The notes under the pieces are model-generated. The model saw nothing but the letters and a program-made list of their open reading frames with translations. It had not been told where the DNA came from and made no database searches. Both the position numbers and the translations under genes were made by a program. A stretch of 64,000 bases of DNA from Octopus sinensis (taxonomy: Eukaryota): positions 41,168,001 through 41,232,000 of the forward strand of contig NC_043013.1 of assembly GCF_006345805.1 (NCBI RefSeq), in the 5' to 3' direction. The stretch's first letter is position 1. Every line of letters starts with the position of its first letter. Of the stretch, positions 12,817-25,869 are shown piece by piece.

Positions 12817-13221
12817 ACTCTTTACTCTTTTACTTGTTTTAGTCATTTGACCGTGGCCATGCTGGAGCACCACCTTTAGTCGAGCAAATCGACCCCAGGG
12901 CTTATTCGTTGTAAGCCTAGTACTTATTCTATCGGATCCTATTACCGATCCGCTAAGTTACGAGGACGTAAACACACCAGCATCGGTAGTCAAGCAATGC
13001 TAGGGGAACAAACACAGACACACAAACATACACACACACATATATATATACATATATACGACAGGCTTCTTTCAGTTTCCGTCTACCAAATCTACTCACA
13101 AGGCTTTGGTCGGCCCGAGGCTATAGTAGAAGACACTTGACCAAGGTGCCACGCAGTAGGACTGAACCCGGAACCATGTGGTTGGTAAGGAAGCTACTTA
13201 CCACACACCCACTCCTGCGCC
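12817..13221 (-). mobile_element. SINE family A, full length
   Basis: Runs from tail ctcttttacttgtttt to head ...ccactcctgcgcc. Confidence 0.9.
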
Positions 13222-13227
13222 TATATA

Positions 13228-13267
<40 letters not shown>

Positions 13268-13269
<2 letters not shown>

Positions 13270-13375
13270 CGACGAAGAGCTCCGCTCAAAACGTTAAACC
13301 CTCCTTCCCTTCTTCCTGAGCGTCAATAATACTTTAATTGTTCCACGTCCTGCCGTTGCTGTGTTTTTTTCTCTT
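13268..13375 (+). mobile_element. Penelope-like pLTR 3' fragment between (TA)n tracts
   Basis: ccgacgaagagctccgctcaaaacgtt has the same layout as gagcgtaggctcgaaacgt at 26460. Confidence 0.55.
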
Positions 13376-13418
13376 TTTTTCTCTTTTTTTCTGTGTTTTC
13401 TTGTTTGGATTAACTTTT

Positions 13419-13490
<72 letters not shown>

Positions 13491-13650
13491 GACGGGCTTC
13501 TTTCAGTTTCCGTCTACCGAATCCACTCACAAAGCTTTGGTCGGCCCGAGGCTGTTGTAGAAGACACTTGTCCTAGGTGCCACGCAGTGGGACTGAAACC
13601 CAAACCATGTGGTTGGGAAGCAAGCTCCTTGCCACACAGCCACGTCTGCA
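13491..13650 (-). mobile_element. SINE family A, head half
   Basis: gacgggcttctttcagtttccgtctacc...ccacacagccac. Confidence 0.85.
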
Positions 13651-14098
13651 CACACACACACACACACATATTGCCTCAGAAAATGATTCCAAGTAGAATC
13701 GAAATATAAAGCACGGTCCAGGAAATTCAAGCGATACATCTGCGAAAATTCTTCACAATAAATTAATATCGTTAACTGCTGTTTCATATTTTATTTATGT
13801 GAACGTATCTCTCCAGTTTTTGTACCAGCCATATTGACCAACTTATTAACGTTCATTACACGACAATGCGTTTTAATTCTTCCTAAATCCTCGTCTACTT
13901 TTCACTGATAAGACAGACAGTAGAGCAGTTGCTGTTTCTTTCTCTTTTTCTTTTTTTTAAGAACTTCCTAATTAAACTTGTCAAAGAAATATATCAATTA
14001 TGGCCATATTATCTTACAAATTTTCTTTCTTTTGACAGAATCTTCGACAATATGTGGCTTGCTAGGAAATAGATTTGACAACGTTAGAAGTGGTGTCT

Positions 14099-14130
<32 letters not shown>

Positions 14131-14488
14131 TTTTGTTATATTTACTGTTTTATTTTGTTATTTATTGTTTTATTGATTTATTCATTTTATCCGCCATGAA
14201 ATAACGAGAGTATGAAAGAACTGAAATTTATAAAAAAAAAAAACAAAAATGAAAAAAAAACAACAAAAAAACCACAACAACAACAAACTAGAATGACAAG
14301 ATTTACTTCGCTAAACAATGACAATACCAACACCACTACAACAACAACAACAAATTCTACCACCACCACCATCACCACCACCACCACTACTCCTACTACT
14401 ACAACAACGACGACGACAAGAACAACGACAACAACAATAGGTTCTTATTCTGTTAATATAACGTAATCAAGAGAAGACTTCTATTAAA

Positions 14489-14722
14489 GGTGGCAAGATG
14501 GCAGAATCGTTACCGCGCCGGACAAAACGCTTAGCGGCATTTCTTCCGACATTACGTTCTGAGTTCAAATGCCGCCGGGATCGACTTAGCCCATTTCATC
14601 GTTTCGGGGTCGATAAAATAAGTACCAGTGGAGCACTGGGGAACGATGTAATCGATTTAGCCTCCCCCTCTCCCGAAATTGGTGGCCTCGTGCCAAAATT
14701 TGAAACCGATCTTAGAATTATT
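14489..14722 (+). mobile_element. tRNA-derived SINE, family B
   Basis: Head ggtggcaagatggcagaatcgtt...gagttcaaat, then ggggtcgataaaataagtacc box and tail. Confidence 0.85.
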
Positions 14723-14989
14723 CTGAGGCGTTGAGCTGGCAGAATCGCTACCGTGTCGGACTAAATGCTTCGCAGCATTTCGCTCGTTTTCCATTTCTGA
14801 GTTCAAGGGTAATAGCAGTAGCAGCAGCAGCAGTAGTAGTAGTAGTAGTTGTTGTAGTAGTGGTAGTGTTTGTGGTTGTGGTGGTGGTAATAGTAGTAGT
14901 AGTGGTCAAGACAGACGAAATACCCTAAATATTTTGTCCGGAGGGCTAGCGATTCTACCAACTCGCTTCCTTAACAGATAAATTAATAA

Positions 14990-15535
14990 TCATTTCTATT
15001 ATAGGCACAAGGCCTGAAATTTTGTTGGGAGGATCTAGTCCTGGCCTGGCCAACTCGAATTACATTGTGGGCCACTTTAATCACAGAAAGTGTTTTGAGG
15101 ACCGCTTGTGTACTGATAGAATTGAAAGCATTTTGCTTTCTCGTGCTATTATTACAATAATAAATGAATGATCGTTGATTCAACATGAAATATTATCGTT
15201 GCATAAACAGTAGTATCTTTCTTTTTAACTTTTCGTTAAAATCTTTAATTTTTGATAATATTTTTAAAACGTTTGTTTAAATAAACACATTTCAAGAAAG
15301 TATGAAGCGGGCTGCAAGATAAAAGTCCGGGGGGCGCATGCAGCTCGCAGGTTGGCCAGCCTAGACTCTAGTCGATTACGTCGACTCCATTGCTCAGCTG
15401 GTCTTTATTTTATTGACACCGAAAAGGTGAAAGGCAAAGTCAAACTAAGCGATATTTGAACCCAGAACATGAAAACAAATGAAATGAAACAAAGCATTTT
15501 GCCCGGCGTGCTAACGATTCTGCCAGCTCGCCGCC
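14990..15535 (-). mobile_element. SINE family B split by a hAT MITE
   Basis: Tail at 14990-15040 and body/head at 15366-15535 (...ctgccagctcgccgcc). Confidence 0.8.
15041..15365. mobile_element. hAT-Charlie-type MITE
   Basis: Ends are ctggcctggccaac and gttggccagcctag, with a gggcgcatgcagctcgcagg subterminal motif. Near-identical 8-mers atctagtc and ctctagtc flank it and resemble the NTCTAGAN target of Charlie elements. Confidence 0.65.
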
Positions 15536-16020
15536 CTAACCTGATAAAATAATAACGAAGCTGATATTATTTAAATGTAGATCATGAAATATAATAAATA
15601 TCACTTATATTCGTCATTTCACAATACAATGCTACATGCTTAAATATCACATGTTTAAATGCCACATTCACGAAATGGCATGAATAAATGTTGCTTTCAT
15701 AATAAACACAAATATGAAATAGAAAAGAAAGGTCACATTTATCGATTCGAATCAAACTGCTATACATAAGAAATAAATGCAATTACAACAAATATTATAT
15801 AAATTCTATTGACTAAACCAGACATCGATGACGCCTCTACGTGGTCATGTTTGCATGAAATAACAGCCAAATCTCCTTGAAATCACAGCCTACTGAAATA
15901 AACGAGACCAATAAGCCTTAAATAGTCTCATAGATACATAAGAAGATGACTTGATCATGGCTGAAACACTTTAGATAATAGATTTCCTCGATCAGTGTTA
16001 CCTGGATCTAGGCTAAGGAG

Positions 16021-16078
<58 letters not shown>

Positions 16079-16830
16079 AAGAATAATATGATAATTATAC
16101 TTTAATAATATAGAAATATTATTATTTTTAAGTCTCTCTAAAGGAGACTACGGCAGCGGTACTGGAAATTAACAGTTATCGCCAAGCTAATATGGCAGTC
16201 CATAAATATAAGACTAAAGCTGCCGTTGATTAGCTCCAAGAGGCCATCGCCCCTAGCTAGCTCTATGACACACGAACCTGTGTACATTATAACCTTCGAA
16301 CTGGGGAGGTCAGCCACTTCCCCTTGCTAGTCAGGCATCTGCAGACATATTTCAGGGTATTTGCCCTTTATCAATGCAGAGTAGCCAAGCCCAGCAGGCG
16401 TCGCTCCCTTGGATAACATCAGTGGTGGGGAGAAGGGAGGATGGTATGTATGGGCGACTGTTGGCTTCTCATAAACCTTGCCCGGGAACTTTCTAGGTAC
16501 AATCCCATGGTCATTCATGGCCGAAGGGTGTCTTTACTCTTTACCCTATGTATGTATGTATGTATGTATGTATGTATGTATGTTTTCTTTTCTTTATTGA
16601 AACCTTCTGTGGGGAAGGAACTGGTTTCTAACAAAGATAGCACTGGGTTTTACCAATGTCCATCGTTTTGAACTTGCATATTTTAACTCTTCCGCTTATA
16701 TAGGGAATTTGTAATGAGTGAATTAGTTGCTCGACTTTTTTCTGAAAATCTTTGCAGTCGCCCGTCGTTATCCTCCTTCTCTTCCTTGTATATATGTATG
16801 TATGTATATATGTCTGTCTGTCTGTATGTA

Positions 16831-16875
<45 letters not shown>

Positions 16876-16942
16876 ATGCATGTATGTATGTATATATATG
16901 TATGTATTTTTTTTATGTGTGTGTATGTGTGTGTGTGTGTGT

Positions 16943-17150
16943 AGCTGGCAAAATCGTTAACAAGTCGGGCAAAATGCTTAGCGGCATTTCGTCCGTCTTT
17001 ACGTTCTGATTTCAAATTCTGCCCGGTCATCTTTGCCTTTCATCCTTTTGGGGTCGATGAGTTGAGTCCTGGGGTTGGTGTAATCGACTAGTCCCCACCG
17101 TCAAAATTTCAGGCCTTGTTCCTAAAGTGCAAAAAGATAATTATTATTAT
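16943..17150 (+). mobile_element. SINE family B
   Basis: agctggcaaaatcgtt...aaaatttcaggccttg tail followed by (ATT)n. Confidence 0.8.
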
Positions 17151-19659
17151 TATTTACAAACTTATTGAAAGCTCTTGAATAATGACTCTGCGGTTCACGT
17201 TACCGATTATTCAAACGATTAAAGTAAAACAACAGCTTGACAATGCATACGAGCAAAAATATTTGCTACCAGTTCAAAAAATGGGAGTCAAATGTATACC
17301 GACCCCCAGACAGTTTTTGATAGATTCTTTTCTACAATTTGCATTGTCATAACTGAAACAAATTTACAGAAAGAAAAAAGAAACACATGTTAACCAATCA
17401 GACACACAGACAAGTTAGTAGACCAGATTATAAAACAACAGAAAAATAAATTCAACAAAATAAATATAGCATAAAACACCATCAAATAAGAACAAAGAAT
17501 TCACGCATAAAATATATTATGTGAACCAAATGCACCTTGGTTATAGAAAAGATGAACATAGAATGAAAGCACCCATAAAACAGAACAAAATATGCGTTAT
17601 ACCCAGTCGTAAGCTCGCATCAACAGTTTATTATATAAAAAACATCAAAAAGAGATTCATAAATCTCCGCATCAGAAGCAAATCAGTAATCTGTGAGTCG
17701 CTGAATAATTGCCAGATGAGAAATGTAGTTTAGAAATGCATATGGTAACGGGTAAATGTATAAATCTTATTGCTTGAGATATTATATTGGACATACATGT
17801 ATTTATAGTCTGTCGTCGGGATACCTATGCATTTACTACAAGGATTCGTTGCAACGTTCTATATAAAACAAAATTAAATAAATAGAACAGAAAAAATATC
17901 ATATATAACACACGAATATTGCAAAGAATCCCACCTACAAGAATTAGTGCGCAAATAGAGAACAAATTAATACGCATACACGCATACACATACACACGCA
18001 GACACACCTACACCAAAGCACATACCAATTCACATACGCACACCAGCATACACGCGCTCGCACACACACGCAGACACAATACAGACGCACGCGCCTGTAC
18101 ACACATACACATTATATATTTACAAAGCAATGCAGTTTACTGACATAGTCGTTAGTACACCAAATAGCGAAGCATTTAGCATATTGTTGCGACACTGTGT
18201 ATTCTTAGTTCAAATTCCGCCGAAGTCAATTTTACATTTCATCCGTTGAAGTTTGATAAATACAGTATCCTTTTAGGGCGATGGTTTGGCGGGATCGTCA
18301 GAGCGTCGAGTGGCATGTTTTGCGCTATCTGTTTTGGGTTCTTGACGTTATGATGGCAACGTCTACAACGACATCTGGTGGCAGGCTGTGTTGACTATAA
18401 TTTTCCCTGGTACAATATCGGTGTATTGTAGCGAGGAGAGGCAGGCCTGTGTAGGCAACCATTTTTTCTCGAACCCCAAGAACTCGTAAGAGCAGTTACC
18501 TAGTTTCTATGGCATACAGGTGATCGAGATCACGGCATTCTCTTTGAACAGGACGTCAGTCCGGCCGTCGCGAGGTTCAAAGCCAGCAATTTTGATGTGA
18601 GGAAGCATATTGATTAAACCAATCTCAGTATTTTATTTTATCGACCCTTATAGAATGGAAGACAAAATTGACCCCAAAGGCATGTGAACTCATTATACAA
18701 AGAGCCGGAGGAAATGCTGCAAATCATTTTGTCCGACGTGCACAAAGACGCTTATTGTCTGTATAAGTTGGACCTATTAATATAAATATCTATATATTTA
18801 TACTTAAAATTCATCATCTGAAAGCCTCCGCATTTTGCTTTCTCTTGTTTTGCATGCATACATAGATACATATCTTGTATTTCATACACAAACTAATGAT
18901 TTTAATATATTTAATATATTTGACGTATCTAATTTGTTCATCCGCATAATTGCGTCAGTGTATTTTTGTATGGAAGTGTTAACATGTATTTTCGCAAATA
19001 TGAATTTCAATATTTTCTTAATCTAAGTATGTTAATACAACAAAAGAAATTGTCGGCTTTATACGGTGAATTCTAGCAATTAAAAATGTTAAGTAATTTA
19101 GTTAAGTAATTAGAGTCAGGATGGAAAAGACTGGCGTAATGCAGGCAGAAGTGGAAGTGCATTGTGGCCGGCGGTGTGTAATAACATCTGGTGGCCTGGT
19201 CAATACAGTGCTATATACACACACACATACACACACACACACATATATATAAATATTAAAAATATATAAATATATGCATATATACATACATATATGTACA
19301 TGCCTACATATATATGTATATATACATGCATATATGGGTAAAAACATAGAAAATAACTTTTTTCGAACAACGAAAAAACAAACAGAGAAGCGAGACATAC
19401 AACATAAAGAATATTCCCCTTCTTCAGTTGTCCCCGTTTCATCTACTCCGCATCCGAAGGCAAGACATATATATTTGTGTGTGTATATGTATATATATAT
19501 ATATATATATATTTGCAATTTGTATTTTTACTGCTTATTTTAGCTCTGCTTGATACATTTCCAAAATTAAACATTTTAATATGCAAGATATACTTCACAT
19601 TATTATATATTCTATGCATTAATGGAAAAAAATATTGTGTTTATTGGCTATCTTCAAAA

Positions 19660-20118
19660 TGATCACACCATCAATGGAAAATTTCAATACCAACTTCCTA
19701 AGGCAGTTATGAAAAGCTATCAAGACCAAACACCCAGAAAAACTGATGAATGGGGGTCTTGTTTCATTAGGACAATGCTTCAGCACACAAGTCCTTAGTT
19801 TCAAAGGCTGTTGTGTGTGACTGGCTTTGAACTGGTTGATCACCCTCCCCATGTTAGTGATTTGGTTCCTTCTGGTTATCATCTGTTTCCCAACATAGAA
19901 AAACACTCAGCTGAGCACTAGTATCACTATGATGAGAACACCTTATCTGTTGTTGATGACCATTTTGATCAACAGAAAAGCTTCTTCACCAGTGCAACCC
20001 AAGCACTGCAACTACTTATGGAAGTGTGTGGACAGTAAGAGGAACTATGTTAGAAAATGAACTTCATCTGGTCACGTTCCATTGAGAGTATCTTGCTCAG
20101 ATTATGAACATTTCAGCC
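19660..20118 (+). mobile_element. Degenerate mariner (DD34D-type) transposase C-terminal relic with right end
   Basis: Across frameshifts it reads as KAIKTKHP..LFH.DNASAHKSLVSKAVV...ELVDHP...DL.PSGYHLFPN..K, with a terminal aggaactatgttagaaaa (G.YVEK-like) motif. Confidence 0.75.
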
Positions 20119-20424
20119 GACCCTCATAATAATAAAAATTATTATTATACCTGCATTTGTTTTAATGTTAACATTGGAAAAATCCACATTTTTCATTAAA
20201 AAAATTAGGACCTGGGTTTTCACCCCCTTAGCAAATTTTGTTGCTGGGCCACTGTATATATGTGTATATGTATCTATATGTACATACGTATGTGGGTATA
20301 ATATATATAATATACATATATATATCAAAATGCGTATTATATATTATACATATGTAAATATGTAGATACAGATATATACTTGCATCTACGAATATGTATG
20401 TCTCTCCCCTCTCTCTCTATATGC

Positions 20425-20675
20425 TTCTTTCTTTCTTTTATTTGTTTCAGTCATTTGACTGCGGTCGTGCAGGAGCACCGCCTTTAGTCGAGCAAATCGA
20501 CCCTAGGACCTATTCTTTGTAAGCCTAGTACTTATTCTATCGGATCCTATTGCTGAACCGCTAAATGACGGGGACGTAAACACACAGCATCGGTTGTCAA
20601 GCGATGTTGAAGGAACAAACACAGGCACACAAACACACATACACACACAAATACATACATACATACATACATACA

Positions 20676-20762
<87 letters not shown>

Positions 20763-20922
20763 GACGGGCTTCTTTCAGTTTCCGTCTACCAAATCCACTC
20801 ACAAGGCTTTGGATGTCCCGAGGCTATAGTAGAAGACACTTGCCCAAGGTGCCACGCAGCGGGACTGAACCCGGAACCATGTGGTTCGTAAGCAAGCTCC
20901 TTACCACACAGCCACTCCTGCA
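20425..20922 (-). mobile_element. SINE family A with expanded internal (CATA)/(TA)
   Basis: Full head and tail on the minus strand. Confidence 0.9.
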
Positions 20923-22118
20923 TTCATATATACATACACAGTATGTATATATGTATATATAACTCGTCTACATATGTGTATAATACATAAATATATGCAC
21001 ACGTAGAAATTCCATGTAAATAAAATAATACATATATCTGTATTAACACACACACACACACATATATAAACAGAATCTAGATACATACATATGTATACAT
21101 ACATACATAACTGTATACTCCAGCACTCACATACACTTATGTGTGTAAATACATATGTGTGCAACAATATAAATACATATTTGTGTAGAAAGTGTGTGCG
21201 TGTACATATGCGTGAGCTTTAGGAAAACATATTCCATAAATAATGTCTTTAGCATGAAGAGCCAACGGCAATGGGCAGGAAACCTGTTAATAAAACTCAG
21301 AGATGATTTGTATTTCATAACCAAATGAGAAAAGAAAATGGCGTCGGCGAGGAATGTGCTGAAAGCTTTTAGGAACGCACGTCATTTAACAGAGAAAATG
21401 ACTATCTTGATTTATTAACTCCAACTGAATCGAAAACTACAGCATTAGATTGTTTGACAAGAGAGATTATTATGGTGTTAGTAAACCTGAAAGAGAAAGG
21501 CAATATTTTTGTCAGTCGCTTGGGAGATTTTTAATTAATTTGAACAAAAAAAAAAAGAAAAAGAGAGAGAGAGTGAAAAACGAAAGGTGGGAGGGAAAAA
21601 AAGTGAAATGTGAAAAATATGAATACGATTAGGATGGTTGGTTGTTAAAGATTCTAAGACTTCATGTCTTAGAATGGTTGAATTTGTATTTTTTTAAGTG
21701 GGAAATTTTCCTTCATTTTTTTTTTCTTTAGAAAAATTAGCAATGATGCTGCTGCTGCTGCTGTTGCTGCACTTGCGACTGCATTTCACAATTTTTGGAC
21801 CAATGCGTGTTTCACTCCTGCTGTCAGAATATGACAATTGTTTGCGCGAGTGTTTGTTCCCAGTTTTCAGAGCGCAGTCATGGTTCAATTGTTCAAGAAG
21901 TTCACTTAGCAATAAAATGGATCCGCGTTCAGTTCCAGTGCACGGAGCTTTCGATTAATTAATTCTAAATTAATGACAAAAGTCATGTGAATGAAACTAG
22001 TGAGATGGAAAACTGTTGTAACACATTGGGTGGAATGTACCAGTAATCTAAACGGCCAGTCTTGTCACACTGTATCACGCTAATTCTGCGTGTGTCCCAG
22101 TGTTCTGATAAATTGAAA

Positions 22119-22119
<1 letters not shown>

Positions 22120-22183
<64 letters not shown>

Positions 22184-22204
22184 CTCTATCTATCTATCTT
22201 TCTT

Positions 22205-22259
<55 letters not shown>

Positions 22260-22690
22260 GTCAGTATGTTCATCTGTCTGTTTGTCTGACTGTCTATCTA
22301 TTCATCTGTCTGTCTATCCACTTTTCCCTCTGTCTATCTACCTTTCTTTCTATTTGCCTTTCTCTCTCTCTCTCTCTCTATCTATCTGTCTACCTATCTC
22401 TATCTATCTCTGTCTATCTCTCTTTCACTCTATCTATCTATCCTTCTGTCTATTTACTTTTCTCTCTCTCTCTCTCTTTCTCTCTCTCACACTCTTTCTC
22501 TCTCTCTCTCTCTCTGTCTATCTATTTATCTATCTATTTATCTATCTCTATCTATATCTATCTGTCTCTCTCTCTCTCTGACAGTCTCAATTTGTCTTTC
22601 TCAATCTGTCTCTCAATCTGTTTCTCTCTATCTGTCTCTCTCTATCTGTCTCTCTCTATCTCTGTCTGTCTGTCTGTCTGTCTGTCTATA
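22120..22690. repeat. Compound (TCTA)n/(TC)n microsatellite
   Basis: Read directly from the sequence. Confidence 0.95.
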
Positions 22691-23113
22691 TGGCTGTGTA
22701 GTAAGTAGTTTGCCTCTCAACTACATGATTCCGGCTTCAGCCCCACTTCGTGTCACCTTGGACGAGCGTCTTCTACTGTAGCCTCGAGCCGACCAAAATG
22801 AGTGGATTTAGTAGACGGATGCTAAAAGAAGCCCAGCGTACACACACGTGCGCATACACATATATATGTGTCTGTGTGTGTGTGTGAGTGTGTGTGCGTA
22901 TTTGTATCTTTGTTTCTCCCCCATCACTGCTTGACAATCGGAGTTGATGTGTTTACGTCCCCGTAACCTAGTGGTTCGGCAAAAGAGTCCGAAAGAATAT
23001 GTAACAGGCTTTAAAATAAAAATAAGTCCTGGGGTCGGTTAGTTCGACTAAAATTCCTTAAGGAGGTGCTCCAGCATGACCGCAGTCTAATGACTGAAAC
23101 AATCAAAAGATAA
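22690..23113 (+). mobile_element. SINE family A
   Basis: tggctgtgtagtaag head through ccagcatgaccgcagtctaatgactgaaac tail. Confidence 0.85.
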
Positions 23114-23124
23114 AATTTTAAAGA

Positions 23125-23552
23125 TATTCTTTTCTACTCTAGACGCAGGACCCGAAATTTTTGGGGACGGGGCAATCGATTAGATCGACCCCAGTGCGAA
23201 ACTGGTACTTAATTTATCGACTCCGAAAGGATGAAAAGCAAAGTGGACCTCAGCAGAATTTGAACTCAGAACGTAAAGATAGACGGAATACCGCTAAGCA
23301 TTTCGCCTGGCGTGCTAACGTTTCTTATTTCTTTATAGCCCACAAGGGGCTAAAGAGGGGACAAAGAAGGACAGATAAAGGGATTAACTCGCTTACATCG
23401 ACCCCAGTACGTAACTGGTACTTATTTAATCGACCTCGAAAGGATGAAAGGCAAAGTCGACCTCGGAGGAATTTGAACTCAGAACGTAACGGCAGACGAA
23501 ATACCGCTAAGCGTTTCGCCCGGCAAGCTAACGTTTCTGCCAGCTCGCCGCC
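23125..23552 (-). mobile_element. Head-to-tail dimer of SINE family B
   Basis: A full copy with the alternative tail (atccctttatctgtcc...aaagaaataa) is joined directly to a second copy that starts at gaaacgttagc. Confidence 0.85.
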
Positions 23553-24687
23553 TTAAAATATAAAAGACATTGGCGTAGCTGTAGCTGTGTGATAAGAACC
23601 TTGCTTCCTAACCACATAGTTTTGGTTTCAATCCCGCTGCATGGCACCTTTGGCAAGTGTCTTCTACTATAGCCTCAGGCTGACCGAAGCCTTGTGAGTG
23701 GGTTTGGTAGGCGGAAACTGAAAGAAGCCCGTTGTATATATATATGTGGGGGGGGGTTGCGTCTGTGTGTCCAGGTGTGTTTTGTGTGCGCGCGTTTGTA
23801 TGTGTGTTAGTGTGTGTTTGTGTGAGTATATGTGTAGGTATATGTGTGTGTGTGTATGTATGTTTGTGTGCGTTTGTGTGCGTGTGTGTATGTGGGTTTG
23901 AGTGTATGCGTCTGTGTGCGTGCACGTTTGTGTGTATGTGAGTGTGTGAGTGTGTGTGTTAGCGTTTGTTTGCTTGTCTGTGTGCTTGTGTGTGTCTTTG
24001 TGTACGTCTTTGTCTCTCACCACAGCTCGATAAACTGTGTCGATTTTGTGTACGACCCTGTGACTTAGCTGTTCAGTAATTATTGTTGAGTTCGTCACAA
24101 GAGAACAGCTTCTCCTTAACGACTTTGTGTTCATAACACACTCAAATTCACCTATACAGGTGATTCAGGCATTCCTGTGTTTCACAATGCTTCTCATCAG
24201 TCAGATGTAACCTCACCAACGAATCTGACAAAAGCTGATGGCCTCATTTATATCTTTTAACAAATTAACTATTTACTGATTCGCAATGATATCGTTATTT
24301 GCACGTTATTTATCGTTATTTGCACGGTGAACAGCGTGAGTCGACACGATATCTTGCATGCTTATTTTTATAACGGTACATTCACACACACACACACACG
24401 TACACACACACACACACAGACGGACACACACACACAGAGGCGCATGCGTGGTTGTGCTGTAAGAAGTTTAGTTCCCGACTACATGGTTCTGGATTCTTCG
24501 ACAACTGTATTCTGCAGTAGCCTCTAGCTGACCTTGTGAGTGGATTTGGTAGGGGGAAACTGAAAGAAGCCCACACACACGCGCACAAGCGAAACCAATC
24601 GACAAACAACATACAATATATTAAAGAATATCTTGAAACTACGTAAAGCGTTTGTATTTTCCTTCTTTATTTTATATAGTTTTTTAA

Positions 24688-25012
24688 TTTTATTTGCTTC
24701 AGTCATTTGAGTGCGGCCATGCTGGAGCACCGCCTTTTAGTGGAACAAATCGCCCCCAGGACTTATTCTTTGTAAGCATAGTACTTATGCTATCGGTCTA
24801 TCAGGCTGCTAAGTTACGGGGACGTAAACACACCACCATCGTTTGTCAAGCGAGGGTGGTGAAAAAAATACGCACACACAAACATACACACATATATATC
24901 TGACGGGCTTTTTTTAAGTTTCCGTCTACCAAATCTACTGACAAGGTTTTGGTCGGCCCGAGGCTATAGTAGAAGACACTTGCCCAAGATGCCACGCAGT
25001 GGGACTAAATCC
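24688..25012 (-). mobile_element. SINE family A (head fragments also at 23575-23735 and 24445-24585, plus strand)
   Basis: Family A consensus boxes. Confidence 0.8.
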
Positions 25013-25019
25013 AAACTGA

Positions 25020-25500
25020 ATCTGCGTATACGGTAGGGGCAGTCTGTTAGGGTTAGCGGAATTTTCGGAATAAAAACGGTATCGTTTCTCTCGTGTCCCG
25101 TGATAATTTGTGCTTCAATGAGCGAGTTCCATTGCATAGTGTGGGTGCGTTTAGATTGCGTAGAAGGATGAGAGGGTACCCAACTTTTAAGTGAAGTTCA
25201 TGAGGAGAGAGTCGTGGAGGATGTTGGGAGTTGAGAAATTCTGTTGGAAAGTATGTAATCTGATCGAGGTCGGTAGCGGTTTCAACTGAAAAGTTGTTTT
25301 AACTTGTATGGCTACTCAAAGGAAGTGCTAATGTGCAAATGTCGGTGGTTTGCAGTGAATGGGCATTGTCAAAACTGTAGAAGATGAAGTGAGAGCAGCA
25401 TAACTACATCATCAAGAGTAATGTTCCTTGAAGCAACGATCGTTGGTATTTGTTATTTAACTATCAGAAGGTGTTTTCGTCCCCTAGGGGCGGCATTACG
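25020..25500 (-). mobile_element. Helitron PIF1-like helicase fragment
   Basis: The minus strand reads FPTEFLNSQHPPRLSPHELHLKVGYPLILLRNLNAPTLCNGTR...IEAQIITGH...VFIPKIPL, matching the Helitron helicase motif LKVG.P.ILLRNL....LCNGTR. Confidence 0.85.
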
Positions 25501-25651
25501 CATTATGTGGAAAATTTGAAGACTCTATGACAATATCTGGAACATAAATGATGTATGTTCCCAGCGCGAAAGAAATCGGATGAAAAATATTGATTTTAAG
25601 AGGGAAGAAGAAAAAGGCCGGTGCACCCACACATATTCCGTTTTATTATAT

Positions 25652-25704
<53 letters not shown>

Positions 25705-25775
25705 AAGGTAGCTATAAGCAATATAAACAAAAATGGAAAAATTCAGTTGCCATTCAGATTTAGTGACAATTTAAT

Positions 25776-25839
<64 letters not shown>

Positions 25840-25869
25840 CGCTTGACAATCCGTGTTGGGTTGTTTGCG

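Noticed and set aside
14187-14466. Thr-rich and Val-rich ORFs
   Set aside because: They are translations of (ACA)/(ACC)/(ACT) triplet repeats.
20120-20256. Possible Tc1-like terminus ending cactg-TA
   Set aside because: No partner TIR or coding remnant was found.
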